From Abditibacteriaceae bacterium (GTDB lineage Bacteria; Armatimonadota; Abditibacteriia; Abditibacteriales; Abditibacteriaceae), in NCBI GenBank assembly GCA_965277285.1, contig OZ255721.1:1728001-1792000 (forward strand): a DNA stretch of 64,000 nt, read 5' to 3'. Positions 63,513-64,000 of this stretch are shown piece after piece (position 1 is the first letter of the stretch; each line of letters opens with the position of its first letter). The notes beneath the pieces are model-generated. The model did no database searches and was not told the DNA's origin. It saw only the letters and a program-made list of their open reading frames with translations. The position numbers and the translations under genes were made by a program.

Positions 63513-63635
63513 GTCAGCGATTGAAATCGCGTCAGGAGAGCCTTTGGCTGACTGTCCGCCTGCGCGGACACGGAGTTTGTCTGCGCAGGCGGACAGTCAG
63601 CCAAAGGCTCTCCTGACGCGATTTCAATCGCTGAC
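63513..63635. repeat. 58-bp-stem hairpin
   Basis: Arms 63513-63570 and 63578-63635 are complementary with one mismatch; 7-nt loop. Confidence 0.95.
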
Positions 63636-63998
63636 TACAACCAAGCCTTCGATTTCGCGCCCTGGCAACGCAACTTGCGCCAATTGCTGCAACGCCCATT
63701 CTTTGTCGCGTTTCGTGCGACCGCGCGCCACATCGAGCAAGCTCTTGATTTCGTCATTCGAGTACTCGATAGTCGTTCCGCGACGTGTTTTAACCGCCTC
63801 TTTGGCACGACGCGCGCGGCCTCGCGTTTTCAAAACACTTTGATCGAATGCCGAAACTTCGACGCTCGTCACATCTTTCAATAAGTGTTCGGCCAGCCAC
63901 GCTTGCATGATCGGATCGGCGTTTTCGCTGAGTTTCTTCAGCAGTTTCGCATCGAGAACACCGTCGCGGTGCGCTTCTAAAAACTCGCGGCCAAAAGC
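63624..63998 (-). CDS. C-terminus of a helical HEAT/ARM-like protein (5'-truncated by window), probably retron-associated
   Basis: Frame stays open to the window edge: AFGREFLEAHRDGVLDAKLLKKLSENADPIMQAWLAE...; co-oriented with the SWIM and RT genes. Confidence 0.6.
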   Translation of the reverse strand, partial: AFGREFLEAHRDGVLDAKLLKKLSENADPIMQAWLAEHLLKDVTSVEVSAFDQSVLKTRGRARRAKEAVKTRRGTTIEYSNDEIKSLLDVARGRTKRDKEWALQQLAQVALPGREIEGLVVVSD

Positions 63999-64000
63999 AC

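Overview
This is a bacterial chromosomal window of moderate GC. Gene content and style suggest Armatimonadota/Abditibacteriota, but that is unverified inference. Housekeeping and accessory genes include TatD, Sua5/TsaC, PcrA/UvrD, a CpxP/R/A-like locus, an amino-acid ABC transporter, GH2 hydrolases and a CsoR/CopZ copper module. A 23S-5S rRNA operon has no linked 16S and sits behind three tandem sigma70 promoters. There is also a glycosyltransferase/PqqD(RRE)/HPr-kinase-like/nucleotidyltransferase cluster, a REP-associated tyrosine transposase, and a Mx162-like retron RT preceded by SWIM-BRCT and HEAT/ARM-like genes. The most striking signal is the 12-bp palindrome TCGAGTACTCGA. By hand I count about 52 perfect and about 16 one-mismatch copies (about 1 per kb). 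They are fairly evenly spaced, occur in all three reading frames of genes and at gene boundaries, and are missing from the rRNA and low-GC foreign-looking genes. Several families of REP/REPIN-like hairpins also fill the intergenic regions. All counts and coordinates were made by eye.
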